This document shows positions 11,435-20,859 of a DNA stretch of 64,000 bases, piece after piece. How positions within the stretch are numbered: position 1 is the stretch's first letter; the number at the start of each line of letters is the position of its first letter. The stretch comes from a bacterium (GTDB taxonomy: Bacteria > UBA8248): positions 1,248,001 through 1,312,000 of the forward strand of contig OZ242260.1 of assembly GCA_965207065.1 (NCBI GenBank), written 5' to 3'. The notes under the pieces are model-generated. The model was given only the letters and a program-made list of their open reading frames with translations, searched no databases and was not told the origin of the DNA. Position numbers and translations under genes: made by a program.

Positions 11435-12185
11435 ATCCTCGATTCAAGGACACGTGGCGCTCGTCACGGCGGGTGCGGTGGGAATCGGCGAAGCGACCGC
11501 CGAGCGCTTGGCGTACGAGGGCGCGCGCGTCGCGCTGCTCGACCTCGACGAGGCGAAGGGCGAGGCCGCCGCGCGGCGGATACAAGCCGAGGGCGGGGAG
11601 GCGCGCTTCATCAATACAGACGCCACTTCGTCGAACGAGATCAAGGCGGCCGTGGAGGCGGCGCTCCACGCCTGGGGACGCATCGACATTCTCGTGAACT
11701 GCGCCGGCGGTTTCGTGGAGAATCCCGCCATCGAGGATCTGGACGAAGCGCAGTGGCGCCGCGTCGTGGACCTCAACCTGAAGAGCGTCTTCCTGTGCGC
11801 GCGCGCCGTTATGCCCTTTATGAAGAAAGCGCGCTACGGCCGCATCGTGAACATCGCCTCCCAGGCGGGCCGTGACGCCGTCGCGGAGACGGGCCTCGCC
11901 TACGGCGCGGCCAAAGCGGGCCTGTTCGGCTTTTGCAGGCGGCTGTCGGTCGAGGTGGCGCCCCACGGCGTCACCGTGAACACGGTGGCCCCGGGCGTGG
12001 TGCTCACCCCGAGGACGGCCGTGGTCCATAAGGACAGAATACCCGAGATAGTCGCGAAAATACCGGTGGGCCGCGTGGCGGACGCCGCGGACATCGCCGA
12101 CGCCGTATGGTTTCTCGCCAGACCCGAAGCGCGCTACGTTACGGGCGTGACGCTCGACGTCAACGGCGGCAGGTACGTCCACTAG
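11424..12185 (+). CDS. SDR family oxidoreductase (paralog 1)
   Basis: VTAGAVGIG, LVNCAG, NIAS, YGAAK. Confidence 0.92.
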   Translation: MENKSSIQGHVALVTAGAVGIGEATAERLAYEGARVALLDLDEAKGEAAARRIQAEGGEARFINTDATSSNEIKAAVEAALHAWGRIDILVNCAGGFVENPAIEDLDEAQWRRVVDLNLKSVFLCARAVMPFMKKARYGRIVNIASQAGRDAVAETGLAYGAAKAGLFGFCRRLSVEVAPHGVTVNTVAPGVVLTPRTAVVHKDRIPEIVAKIPVGRVADAADIADAVWFLARPEARYVTGVTLDVNGGRYVH

Positions 12186-12198
12186 AAAGGGAATTCAC

Positions 12199-12957
12199 GT
12201 GCATGAGCGATCCTCCATCAAAGACCACGTCGCCATCGTCACCGGCGCGACGGACGGCATCGGCCTGGCGACGGCGATACGCTTCGCGGACGAGGGCGCG
12301 AAGGTGGCCATCCTGGGGAGAGACCCCGAGCGGGGATCGGCGGCTCTGGCCCGGGTGAGTTCGCACGGCGAGGCTATTTACGTTCAGGGCGACGCCGCGC
12401 GGAAAGAGGACATCGACCTTCTTTTCGCTCGCGTGCTCGGCACCTGGGACCGCCTGGACATTCTGGTGAACTGCGCGGGCGGCTTCGTGGAAGTGTCCGA
12501 CATCGAGGACCTCGACGAGGCGGAGTGGGAGAAGATCGTGGACTGGAACCTCACGAGCTGCTACCTCGCCACACGGGCGGCGGCGGTCCCCATGAAGGAG
12601 CGCGGCTACGGCCGCATCGTGAACATATCCTCCATCTCCGCGCGCGACGCCCTGGCGAACGTATCGCTGGTGTACAGCGCCGCGAAATCCGCCATGCAGG
12701 GCTTCACGCGGCGGCTCGCGGTGGAGCTCGCCCCTCACGGCATCGCCGTGAACGCCGTGGCCCCCGGCGTAACGCTCACCAAACGCTTTCGCCTCATCCA
12801 CCAGGAACGCGTGCCGCAGATAGTGGCGAACCTGCCCGTGGGCTTCGGCGGGGAGCCGGAGGACATCGCCGACGCGATATGGTATTTCTCCACTCCCGGT
12901 TCAGGCTACGTCACGGGTGCGACCATTGACGTCAACGGCGGCCAATATGTGAACTGA
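12199..12957 (+). CDS. SDR family oxidoreductase (paralog 2)
   Basis: GTG start; TGATDGIG, LVNCAG, YSAAK. Confidence 0.92.
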   Translation: MHERSSIKDHVAIVTGATDGIGLATAIRFADEGAKVAILGRDPERGSAALARVSSHGEAIYVQGDAARKEDIDLLFARVLGTWDRLDILVNCAGGFVEVSDIEDLDEAEWEKIVDWNLTSCYLATRAAAVPMKERGYGRIVNISSISARDALANVSLVYSAAKSAMQGFTRRLAVELAPHGIAVNAVAPGVTLTKRFRLIHQERVPQIVANLPVGFGGEPEDIADAIWYFSTPGSGYVTGATIDVNGGQYVN

Positions 12958-13069
12958 CGGGCGCCTTCAATCATTTCGGTTCTGAACACCTGAAATTCCG
13001 ATATTTCGCGGATTCGTGGTATCATCTGAGGTCACGAGAGTTCCAAGCCGTCTAAACACCTGAGGAGCC

Positions 13070-13474
13070 ATGCAAATGCGATATCCCCTGCTTATGTTTG
13101 GTTTGGCCTTGCTCGCCGCCGTCCTGGTTTTGCCGCAGGCCGCGACCGCCCTGGAAGGGTGGAAGCCCTATGACGCCAAGGCGTTCGCCCAGGCCCAAAA
13201 GGATGGAAAGACGATTTTCGTAGCCGTCCACACCGACTGGTGAGGGACGTGCAGGCAGCAGGTGCCGCTGCTTCAGTCACTGGTTAAAGAGAAGGAATTC
13301 GCAACCGCCGCCGCGTTCGAGTTGGACTACGACGCCCAGCGCGATTTTGCGAAGGCGCTCGGCGTTCGCTGGCAATCGACGATCATCGTCTTCAAGGGCG
13401 CGCAGGAAAAAGGCCGCTCGACGGGCGACGTGGATATTGCGAGCATCCGGAGCCTCATGGAACGCGCGCTATAG
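13070..13474 (+). CDS. Exported thioredoxin-family selenoprotein (UxxC); in-frame TGA at 13241-13243
   Basis: RBS GAGGAG, ATG 13070, signal peptide, ...VAVHTDW-TGA-GTCRQQ...; frame continues through a thioredoxin fold (VRWQSTIIVFKG) to TAG 13474. Confidence 0.85.
13246..13278 (+). promoter_or_regulatory. Bacterial SECIS-like hairpin
   Basis: Stem AGGCAGC (13253-59) / GCTGCTT (13267-73) with loop AGGTGCC beginning 16 nt after the UGA; extended by TG/CA and GAC/GTC pairs. Confidence 0.7.
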
Positions 13475-13494
13475 AACGGGCGTTCCGGCGCATC

Positions 13495-13518
13495 AAGGGC
13501 CCGCTTCGGCGGGCCTTT
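13495..13518. terminator. Intrinsic terminator between convergent genes
   Basis: AAGGGCCCGC-TTCG-GCGGGCCTTT hairpin. Confidence 0.7.
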
Positions 13519-13523
13519 GCGTC

Positions 13524-14579
13524 TTACCCGAGCGGCGAGACGGAGACCTCCCCGTCCCTGACGGCAATTTCCGTCCCGTAAGGGGCAGAGAATCTCTGCA
13601 TCATCTCCACGATCACGCGGCCCTCTCCTCGCTTCGGCGAAAGAAGCCTAGGCGCGCCGCCCACGCCGCAGTAGCAGGGAATGAGGTGGAGGTCGCTCAA
13701 CCCGTCTTTATCCATCCGCCCGCCCAGCAGAAAAGTCTGAAGCGTCGCATCCGTGAAGAAAGGTTCGACCTCGTCAAAAATCAGATTCCCGCTGCAGTGA
13801 ACAATGGGCCGGCCATCGTAGAACTCGATCGCCGAGAGAACGTGCTGGTGCCCGCCGAAGACGGCGCACGCGCCCGCGTCGATTGCCGCTTGCCCGATCT
13901 CCCTTTGATGCTCATGCACCTCGTGACGCATGCTCGCCCCCCAGTGCTGGTAGACGAAAACCAGGTCGACCTGTTCCTTGAGCCGCACAATGTCTTCTTT
14001 CATCCGCGCGAGGTCCTCCGCTACCGCCCAGGAGTGGATGACGGGTTCAGAAGCCGGGTATTCGTCCAGGTTTCTGAGCGGCGTGTAGGACGTTCTGACG
14101 CGCAGCGGGTTCACGCCGGGTTCGTCCGGCCCGGCCGCGTGGCCCTGCGGCAGTACGGACGAGTAGGCGAGAAGGGCCACCCTCAACCCCCCGCGCTCCA
14201 GGACAACGGGGGCTCTCGCTTCTTCTGATTCCATTCCCGCGCCCGTAAACGGGATGGCGGCGCGTCGCAGGGTCAACATCGTTTCCTCGAGCGAGAGCAC
14301 TCCGTAGTCGAGCAGGTGGTTGTTCGCGATTCCCACTGTATCGAAGCCGGCATCCACGAGTCCCGCCACCAGCGAGGGGTGCCCCCGGTGCTTGGTCGCC
14401 TTTCCCTTCATGAGTTCGCCGCGCGTCGATAGCGCGTTCTCGAGGTTCGCGAAAGAAAAATCTGCGTCACGGAGCAGTTTTCCCAGTTGGCCGAACATTC
14501 CCTTGGCCGAAGCCCTGTCGGGCGCAATGTCGCCTCCCGTGAGAAATGAGGCGGTGTTTTGCGTATTCTTTTTATTCAT
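13524..14579 (-). CDS. CapA family metallophosphoesterase
   Basis: GGD, FANLE, IANNHLLDYG, HWG, GGHQH, SGN motifs. Confidence 0.88.
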   Translation of the reverse strand: MNKKNTQNTASFLTGGDIAPDRASAKGMFGQLGKLLRDADFSFANLENALSTRGELMKGKATKHRGHPSLVAGLVDAGFDTVGIANNHLLDYGVLSLEETMLTLRRAAIPFTGAGMESEEARAPVVLERGGLRVALLAYSSVLPQGHAAGPDEPGVNPLRVRTSYTPLRNLDEYPASEPVIHSWAVAEDLARMKEDIVRLKEQVDLVFVYQHWGASMRHEVHEHQREIGQAAIDAGACAVFGGHQHVLSAIEFYDGRPIVHCSGNLIFDEVEPFFTDATLQTFLLGGRMDKDGLSDLHLIPCYCGVGGAPRLLSPKRGEGRVIVEMMQRFSAPYGTEIAVRDGEVSVSPLG

Positions 14580-15630
14580 GGCTGGGTCCTCTGTGAAAAC
14601 AGGCAGAAAATGATGCGACGTGCTCCCCGGGGTCAAGGCTTCTTAGTCTATCGGCGGCGCACTCTGGAGCCACTTCGTTGATGTGCGCGCCAAGGCCCGT
14701 CTCCAGACCCGCCAGGGGCGTGAGGCGCGGGAAAAGCTCGATGTGCCAGCGATGCGCCTTAAGGTTTTCTTCGGAGCCATTCGCTGCGAGCAGAAACGAG
14801 AGGTTAACGGGCGGGTCGTGGAGAAGCTTCTTATAGCGCCTTAAGGTCCGCGCCAGCGCGGCTCCGACGGTGGCGAGCGTCTCGGGCGCGCTCTCGGTGA
14901 ATAAAGTTTCCGTCGGCCAGGGGGTAATGCAGGTGAGATAGGGAAAGCGCGAGCCCCAGGGGCAGAACACGGCGGCACCTTCTTCCCCCATCTCCACCAT
15001 CCTCTCTTCTTGCGCACGCTCCTCCTCTATCATGCGGCCCAAAAGCGTGCTCTTTCGTTCCTCGTAAAAGACCGCCTCTCGTTCGAGTTTCTTCTCGACA
15101 CCGCCCGTCCCGACCGGGAGGCCGAGTATCTGAAAATGGGAGTGGAGGATGGACGCGCCCGCCTTTGCGCCGTGATTCTTGAAGGCATAGACGCAGCGAA
15201 TGCCGGGGGCCCCGGCGAGCGCCCGCGCCCTCTCCTGCAGCAGGCCGATGACAACACCCGCGTGCGCTTCTCCCAAATCAGCGAGGCTCTTCGTGTGATG
15301 GGGCGAATCGATGAGAACCTCGTGGCGTCCACCGCCGCGCAGGGACGTAAAAAAACCCTCTCCTTCGCGTTCAATCTCCCCGCTTCCCGCGGCGGGAAAT
15401 TTGTTCGCCACGCAGCGCGCGCGCCAGCCGGGCGCGTTCTCCACGCTCTCGTCCCTGATGGCTGCGACCTCGGGCGGTGTTTCGCTCTCGTTGCCCGGGC
15501 AGAAAGGGCAGGCCGGGTCTTCTTCTTTGGGCGTAGCGTTCGCGAAATGCGCCGGATGGGGCCGCGCGCGCCTGCCCGGCGCGATGAGCGTCCATTCCCC
15601 GCGATGCGGATCGTATCTCGACTCGGGCAT
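14572..15630 (-). CDS. galT: GalT-like nucleotidyltransferase (HIT superfamily)
   Basis: RRARP, CPFCPGNE, NKFP, HEVLIDSPHH, KNHGAKAGASILHSHFQ, WHIELFPR. Confidence 0.8.
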   Translation of the reverse strand: MPESRYDPHRGEWTLIAPGRRARPHPAHFANATPKEEDPACPFCPGNESETPPEVAAIRDESVENAPGWRARCVANKFPAAGSGEIEREGEGFFTSLRGGGRHEVLIDSPHHTKSLADLGEAHAGVVIGLLQERARALAGAPGIRCVYAFKNHGAKAGASILHSHFQILGLPVGTGGVEKKLEREAVFYEERKSTLLGRMIEEERAQEERMVEMGEEGAAVFCPWGSRFPYLTCITPWPTETLFTESAPETLATVGAALARTLRRYKKLLHDPPVNLSFLLAANGSEENLKAHRWHIELFPRLTPLAGLETGLGAHINEVAPECAADRLRSLDPGEHVASFSACFHRGPSHE

Positions 15631-16010
15631 GAGCGCCTCGTTTTTTATGGATATAAATACATAAACAATGTAGCATGATTGATGATTATTGAAAGAAAAA
15701 ACAGTTGGCAGCGCAATAAAGACGAAAGCCTGTTCGTCAGGTTGCTGTTTTTAGTCCTGTGCGGTTTTCTCTTTGGTGTGCGATGGTTTCACGCATGTCC
15801 CGGACGTATGCCGGTTTGCGTTTTACCGTTGATTCGCACTAGAATTTTATGCGGCACAAAAATCAGACACGGCGGCTTGAGAGTCGCCACACGTTCAGTC
15901 TGCAGCGAACTCGCAGGGGCCTTGGGAGAGGGGTTGGACTTTCTCTTGCGCGAAGGCTCCATTTTTTCTTCGAATCGACCGGCTTACACAACGAGAACAG
16001 GGGGCCAACC

Positions 16011-17048
16011 ATGAAATCCAGAGTATTGCTTATCTTCGTTTTGACTCTCGCTATCGGGGCGTCAGCGCTCGTATCCCTCCCCAGCAAGGCCGATGCCGCC
16101 TGCAGTGTCCGCATCGGCGACCTGAACTGGGACAGCGCCAACTTTCACGATCAGGTGACCGCGTTCATCCTGAAGCACGGCTACGGCTGCCGGGTGCGGC
16201 TCATCTACGGCGGCACGCTGCCGATCATGACGGCCCACTACGAGGGCAAGAACGACATTGTCATGGAGCTTTGGTACGACAACGTGAAGGCGCAGTATGA
16301 CCCCGCCATGAAGAGCGGCAAGGTCAAACAAGTGGGGGTCAACACGCCCGACAGCATACAGGGCTGGTTCATCCCGCGCTTCGTCCAGAAGGCGAATCCG
16401 GGTCTCAAGTCGGTCTTCGACCTGCCCAAATACAAGTACCTCTTCAAGGACCCCGAAGAACCCTCCAAAGGCCGGTTCGTGAACTGCATCCCCGGCTGGT
16501 CCTGCGAGGTCATCAACACGGTGAAGCTGCGCGCCTACGGGCTGGAAAAACACTTCACCAATTTCCGGCCCGGCTCGGGCGGCGCGCTCGCGGCGGCCAT
16601 CAAGGGCGCGTATCTCAAGAAAAAACCCGTACTCGCCTATTACTGGGCGCCGACGCCGCTCCTGGGACAACTCGATCTCGTCCAGCTCGAAGAGCCTGCA
16701 TGGAACGAGGCCGACTGGAACGTTGTAGTGAAACACATGGACGCGCTCAAGAAGGGCGGAATGGAGGCTTTGGGGAACCCGAAGAAAGCGACAGCCTACC
16801 GGACGGCGGAACTGCCGAAATCGGTCACGACAAAGTTCGCGGCCAAGCATCCCGAGATCGTCGCCTTCATCGAGAAATACACGCTCCCGTCGAAAGAGGT
16901 CTCAAAGATGCTGGCCTATCTCGAGACCAAAGCCGGCGGCGACGCCAAAACCACCGCCATCCATTTCCTGAAGACCAACAAGGTCTGGAAGAAGTGGGTT
17001 CCGGCCGACGTCGCGAAAAAGATCGAGGAGGCGCTCAAATCTGCGTAA
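16011..17048 (+). CDS. proX: Glycine betaine/proline-type ABC transporter substrate-binding protein
   Basis: Signal peptide; LNWDSA, ELW, FKDPEEPSKGRF, CIPGWSC, YYWAPT. Confidence 0.85.
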   Translation: MKSRVLLIFVLTLAIGASALVSLPSKADAACSVRIGDLNWDSANFHDQVTAFILKHGYGCRVRLIYGGTLPIMTAHYEGKNDIVMELWYDNVKAQYDPAMKSGKVKQVGVNTPDSIQGWFIPRFVQKANPGLKSVFDLPKYKYLFKDPEEPSKGRFVNCIPGWSCEVINTVKLRAYGLEKHFTNFRPGSGGALAAAIKGAYLKKKPVLAYYWAPTPLLGQLDLVQLEEPAWNEADWNVVVKHMDALKKGGMEALGNPKKATAYRTAELPKSVTTKFAAKHPEIVAFIEKYTLPSKEVSKMLAYLETKAGGDAKTTAIHFLKTNKVWKKWVPADVAKKIEEALKSA

Positions 17049-17109
17049 GCCGCGCCCGCGCGATGCTTTTCACTCGTGAAGCAGCGTTAAATCCCGGGGA
17101 GGTCCGCCC

Positions 17110-18018
17110 ATGATGAACTTTATCCGCGGACTGTTCCCGGAGTGGGCGGTCGAGTGGCCAAAGAATCTCAACCTGCCGCTCAACAAGTGGACCAACGATT
17201 TCGTGGAGTGGCTGGTCACCGAGTACGGGGTCATCTTCGAGACCGCCTCGGACGCCATACTCGTGGTGCTGGTGGGCCTGGAGCGCTTCCTGCGCGACCT
17301 CCCGTGGGTTGTCGTGTTCCTCGGCGTGGGCGCGCTCACCTTCTTCTCCAGCGGGCGCAAATGGGGCCTGACCGCGCTCGTGGCCGCCTGCATGTTCTTC
17401 ATCGGCCTCACCGATCCCAGGCTTTGGGATTTGTCGATGATGACCCTTTCGGTGATGCTTGTCTCCACCCTCATCTGCATCGGAGTTGGCGTTCCGGTCG
17501 GCATCGCGATATCGAGAAACGACCGGATGCGCGACATGGTGCTGCCCGCACTCGACCTGATGCAGACCATGCCGAGCTTCGTCTATCTCATTCCGGCGAT
17601 CATGCTATTCGGCCTGGGCGCGGTGCCCGCCGTCTTCGCCACGGTGATCTACGCCATCCCGCCGGTGATACGCCTGACCGACCTGGGCATCCGCCTGGTG
17701 GATGAGGACATCGTCGAAGCTTCCGACGCCATGGGCGCGAGCAAGAGGCAGAAGCTCCTTCGCGTGCAGATACCGATGGCGCTGCCCAACATCATGCAGG
17801 GGGTCAACCAGACGACGATGATGGCGCTCGCGATGGTGGTGATCGCCTCGATGATCGGAACGCGGGGGCTTGGCACCGAGGTGCTCATCGGCCTCCAGCA
17901 GCTCAACGTCGGCCGCGCGCTCGAGGCCGGCGTGGCCATCGTGCTGCTCGCCATCGTCATGGACCGCGTCACACAGGCCTACGGCGGGCGTTTCATCCGC
18001 ATGGACGGGAGGGGCTGA
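17110..18018 (+). CDS. proW: Glycine betaine/proline ABC transporter permease
   Basis: LDLMQTMPSFVYLIP, GVNQTTMMALAMVVIASMIG. Confidence 0.9.
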   Translation: MMNFIRGLFPEWAVEWPKNLNLPLNKWTNDFVEWLVTEYGVIFETASDAILVVLVGLERFLRDLPWVVVFLGVGALTFFSSGRKWGLTALVAACMFFIGLTDPRLWDLSMMTLSVMLVSTLICIGVGVPVGIAISRNDRMRDMVLPALDLMQTMPSFVYLIPAIMLFGLGAVPAVFATVIYAIPPVIRLTDLGIRLVDEDIVEASDAMGASKRQKLLRVQIPMALPNIMQGVNQTTMMALAMVVIASMIGTRGLGTEVLIGLQQLNVGRALEAGVAIVLLAIVMDRVTQAYGGRFIRMDGRG

Positions 18019-18022
18019 GCCG

Positions 18023-19051
18023 ATGGCGTTGATCGAGGTGCGAAACGTCTACAAGATATTCGGAACGGGACGCGCGCTGGACACGGCGCTCGACATGGCC
18101 CAAACGGGAGCCGAGAAGAACGACGTGCTGGTCGAGACCGGCTGCACCCTGGGCTTAAAGGACGTGAGCCTCTCCGTCGAGCGAGGTGAGATATTCGTGG
18201 TCATGGGCCTTTCGGGTTCGGGAAAATCGACCCTGATCCGCCACATCAACCGGCTGATCGACCCGACGACGGGCCAGATACTCGTCGACGGGCGGGACGT
18301 TCTCGAATTCTCGACCGAGGAGTTGCTCGCCTTCCGGCGGGGCGCCGTGAGCATGGTCTTTCAGCGTTTCGCGCTCTTTCCGCACTTGACGGTCATAGAG
18401 AACGTGGGCTACGGCCTGGAAGTCCAGGGGGTGGAACCTGCCGAGCGGCGCCGGCGCGCGATGCGGTGGATAGAGGACGTGGGCCTCATCGGCTATGAAA
18501 ACGCCTACCCGGCCCAGCTGTCGGGCGGCATGCAGCAGCGCGTGGGTCTGTCGCGCGCGCTGTGCACGGACCCCGAGATTCTCCTCATGGACGAGCCATT
18601 CAGCGCCCTGGATCCGCTGATCCGCAAGCAGATGCAGGAACACCTCATCGCGCTCCAGCGCGACCTCAAGAAGACCATCGTCTTCATCACTCATGATCTG
18701 GACGAAGCGCTCAAGCTGGGCGATGACGTCGCCATTCTGAAGGACGGCGTGATCGACCAGATAGGCGGGCCGGAGGAGATTCTGCTCAACCCGGCCACCG
18801 AATACGTGCGCGAGTTCGTGCGCGACGTGAAGCGGGGCCGCGTGGTGACGGCGGCCTCCATCATGACGCCGCCGAAAGGCGACGCGAACGGGCCAACCGT
18901 TTCGTACGACACCGTGCTTCAGGACATGCTGCCCAAGTGTATCGATAGCGATGCGCCGCTGCGGGTGGTGGACGAGGCAGGAGCCGTCGTCGGCGCTGTT
19001 TCACGCAGAACCCTCCTTCGCGGACTGGCGGACCATGGCGTGAAAAAGTAG
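18023..19051 (+). CDS. proV: Glycine betaine/proline ABC transporter ATPase
   Basis: MGLSGSGKST, LSGGMQQRVG, MDEPFSALDPLIR. Confidence 0.9.
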   Translation: MALIEVRNVYKIFGTGRALDTALDMAQTGAEKNDVLVETGCTLGLKDVSLSVERGEIFVVMGLSGSGKSTLIRHINRLIDPTTGQILVDGRDVLEFSTEELLAFRRGAVSMVFQRFALFPHLTVIENVGYGLEVQGVEPAERRRRAMRWIEDVGLIGYENAYPAQLSGGMQQRVGLSRALCTDPEILLMDEPFSALDPLIRKQMQEHLIALQRDLKKTIVFITHDLDEALKLGDDVAILKDGVIDQIGGPEEILLNPATEYVREFVRDVKRGRVVTAASIMTPPKGDANGPTVSYDTVLQDMLPKCIDSDAPLRVVDEAGAVVGAVSRRTLLRGLADHGVKK

Positions 19052-19245
19052 GGGCGGGTTCCAGCGTCCGAGATGACGGTGTTCCAAAAAGGTTTGTAGG
19101 GACAGGTCGCGACCTGTCCCTACATATTCCAGACAGGCAGACCGGATTATGCCCCACCTTTGCGCGGGCCGTTCGCGAACGGCCCCTACGGCCTCTCCCT
19201 GATTGCCGGAATCGACCCCACGGGCCGCATGCCTGCGGCCCTCCC
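19049..19245. repeat. Cluster of GTAGGG-type REP-like palindromes
   Basis: Perfect palindrome TGTAGGGACAGGTCGCGACCTGTCCCTACA at 19095-19124; GGGCCGTTCGCGAACGGCCCCTAC near 19166-19189. Confidence 0.8.
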
Positions 19246-19361
19246 CCCATACGCCTACGCCCGCGCGGCCTTGCAATAAAGCCGCAAATCCGCTTCATTA
19301 CGGACGAATGCGGCCCATGAGGGCCAGCGTGCACCCTCAAGCGATGGAGACAGTAAGGCGG

Positions 19362-20786
19362 ATGAGCGATTTCAAGAGAGAGACCATCGTCGCGCTCTCG
19401 ACGGCTCCCGGGCGCGGGGCCATCGCTGTCGTCCGCCTGAGCGGGGCCAAGTCGCTCTCCATTCTCACGGGTATTTTTCATCCCAACAAGGAAAGAAGCG
19501 CCTTTCCCAAAGGCCGGCCCGTGCTGGGGCGCTTTGTGGATGGGGCCCAGGCGTTCGATGAGGGCCTCGCGCTCTATCATCAGGCGCCTGATTCGGTCAC
19601 CGGCGAGGACGTGGCAGAGATGCACTGCCACGGCGGACCGGCCATTGTGGGGGCGATTCTGCGCCTCGCCCGAGAGATGGGCGCCAGGCCGGCCGCAGAG
19701 GGCGAGTTCACCCGCCGCGCCTTCCTGGAGGGCAAGATAGACCTGGTGCAGGCCGAAGCGGTGGCGGACCTTGTGACCGCACAGACCGAAAAGGCGGCGA
19801 AGGCCGCGCTTCATCACCTGGAAGGACGCCTCTCGAAGGCGCTGGAAGGCGTGTGGGAAAAAATCGTGGAGGCGGGGGCGCACATCGAGGCGGCCATTGA
19901 TTTTCCCGATGAGTTCGAGCCGGGTGCAGGCCCCTCGGTTTCGGGCGCGCCGATGGGAAGCGCAGAGCTGGCCGCGCTTTTCGCGGAGATTGAAGAAGCG
20001 CTCGGGAGGCTCATCGAGAGCTACCGCTACGGCAGAATCCTGAGAGAAGGCGCGCGCGTGGCCATACTCGGCAGGCCCAACGCGGGGAAATCCACGCTTT
20101 TGAACGCGCTTCTGGGGGCGGACCGCGCCATCACGAGCGAGATTCCGGGCACAACGCGGGACACGGTGGAGGAAGTCTGCGACTTCGGCGGCGCGCCGGT
20201 GCGCCTCATCGACACGGCGGGCCTGCGCGACACGGGCGACCCGGTGGAACTCGAAGGCACCGAGCGCGCCCGGAAGGCGGCGGAAGAAGCGGACTTGAGC
20301 CTGATGGTCCTGGACGTCACGGCGGGCGATTCGGAAGTGGCGTGGGCGACCAGGGAGGCGGGCGGGCTGAATAGCGATAACCTTTATATATTCAATAAGA
20401 TGGATAAATCCTCCCTCGAGGTGAAAGAGCGAGCCTGCGCGTTTCTCAGCGAGCTTGCGCCGGATGCCTGTGAGCCGCTCTTCATCTCGGCGCTCACGGG
20501 CGAGGGGCTGCCAAAGTTGCGCGAAGAGGTGGCGCGTGTTCTGATGGATGAGGACAGGCTCTCGGGCGCGGTGTCGGTGCTCACACGGGAGCGGCACCAC
20601 GGCCAGATAGCGAAGTGCCTGGAAGCCGTGAGAAGCGCCAGGGCGGGGGCGGAAGGAGATCTTTCCCCCGAACTGGTGGCGGTTCACCTGAACGAGGCGC
20701 AAACCGCGCTATCGGAACTCCTGGGCCGGGACTACGGGCAAGCGCTTCTGGACAGGATTTTTTCCACGTTCTGCATCGGAAAATGA
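19362..20786 (+). CDS. mnmE: tRNA modification GTPase MnmE
   Basis: TIVALST, GEFTRRAFL, GRPNAGKSTL, GTTRD, DTAG, C-terminal FCIGK. Confidence 0.97.
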   Translation: MSDFKRETIVALSTAPGRGAIAVVRLSGAKSLSILTGIFHPNKERSAFPKGRPVLGRFVDGAQAFDEGLALYHQAPDSVTGEDVAEMHCHGGPAIVGAILRLAREMGARPAAEGEFTRRAFLEGKIDLVQAEAVADLVTAQTEKAAKAALHHLEGRLSKALEGVWEKIVEAGAHIEAAIDFPDEFEPGAGPSVSGAPMGSAELAALFAEIEEALGRLIESYRYGRILREGARVAILGRPNAGKSTLLNALLGADRAITSEIPGTTRDTVEEVCDFGGAPVRLIDTAGLRDTGDPVELEGTERARKAAEEADLSLMVLDVTAGDSEVAWATREAGGLNSDNLYIFNKMDKSSLEVKERACAFLSELAPDACEPLFISALTGEGLPKLREEVARVLMDEDRLSGAVSVLTRERHHGQIAKCLEAVRSARAGAEGDLSPELVAVHLNEAQTALSELLGRDYGQALLDRIFSTFCIGK

Positions 20787-20859
20787 AAATAATATAATTT
20801 ATGGCGTTTCTTGCGACACTTACTCATTGTTAGATGAGGACAACCACGAGGAGAAGGAC

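Noticed and set aside
13241-13243. TGA as a pseudogene-causing nonsense mutation or genome-wide UGA reassignment
   Set aside because: It falls exactly on the redox Cys position with a downstream hairpin, and TGA is a normal stop in many other genes here. Sec is the better explanation.
15680-16010. Possible riboswitch or sigma54 promoter upstream of proX
   Set aside because: Hairpins are present, but I could not match any riboswitch consensus or a proper -24/-12 motif.
19049-19245. Palindromic repeats as a possible CRISPR array
   Set aside because: No regularly spaced direct repeats with unique spacers and no cas genes; they are dispersed REP-like units.
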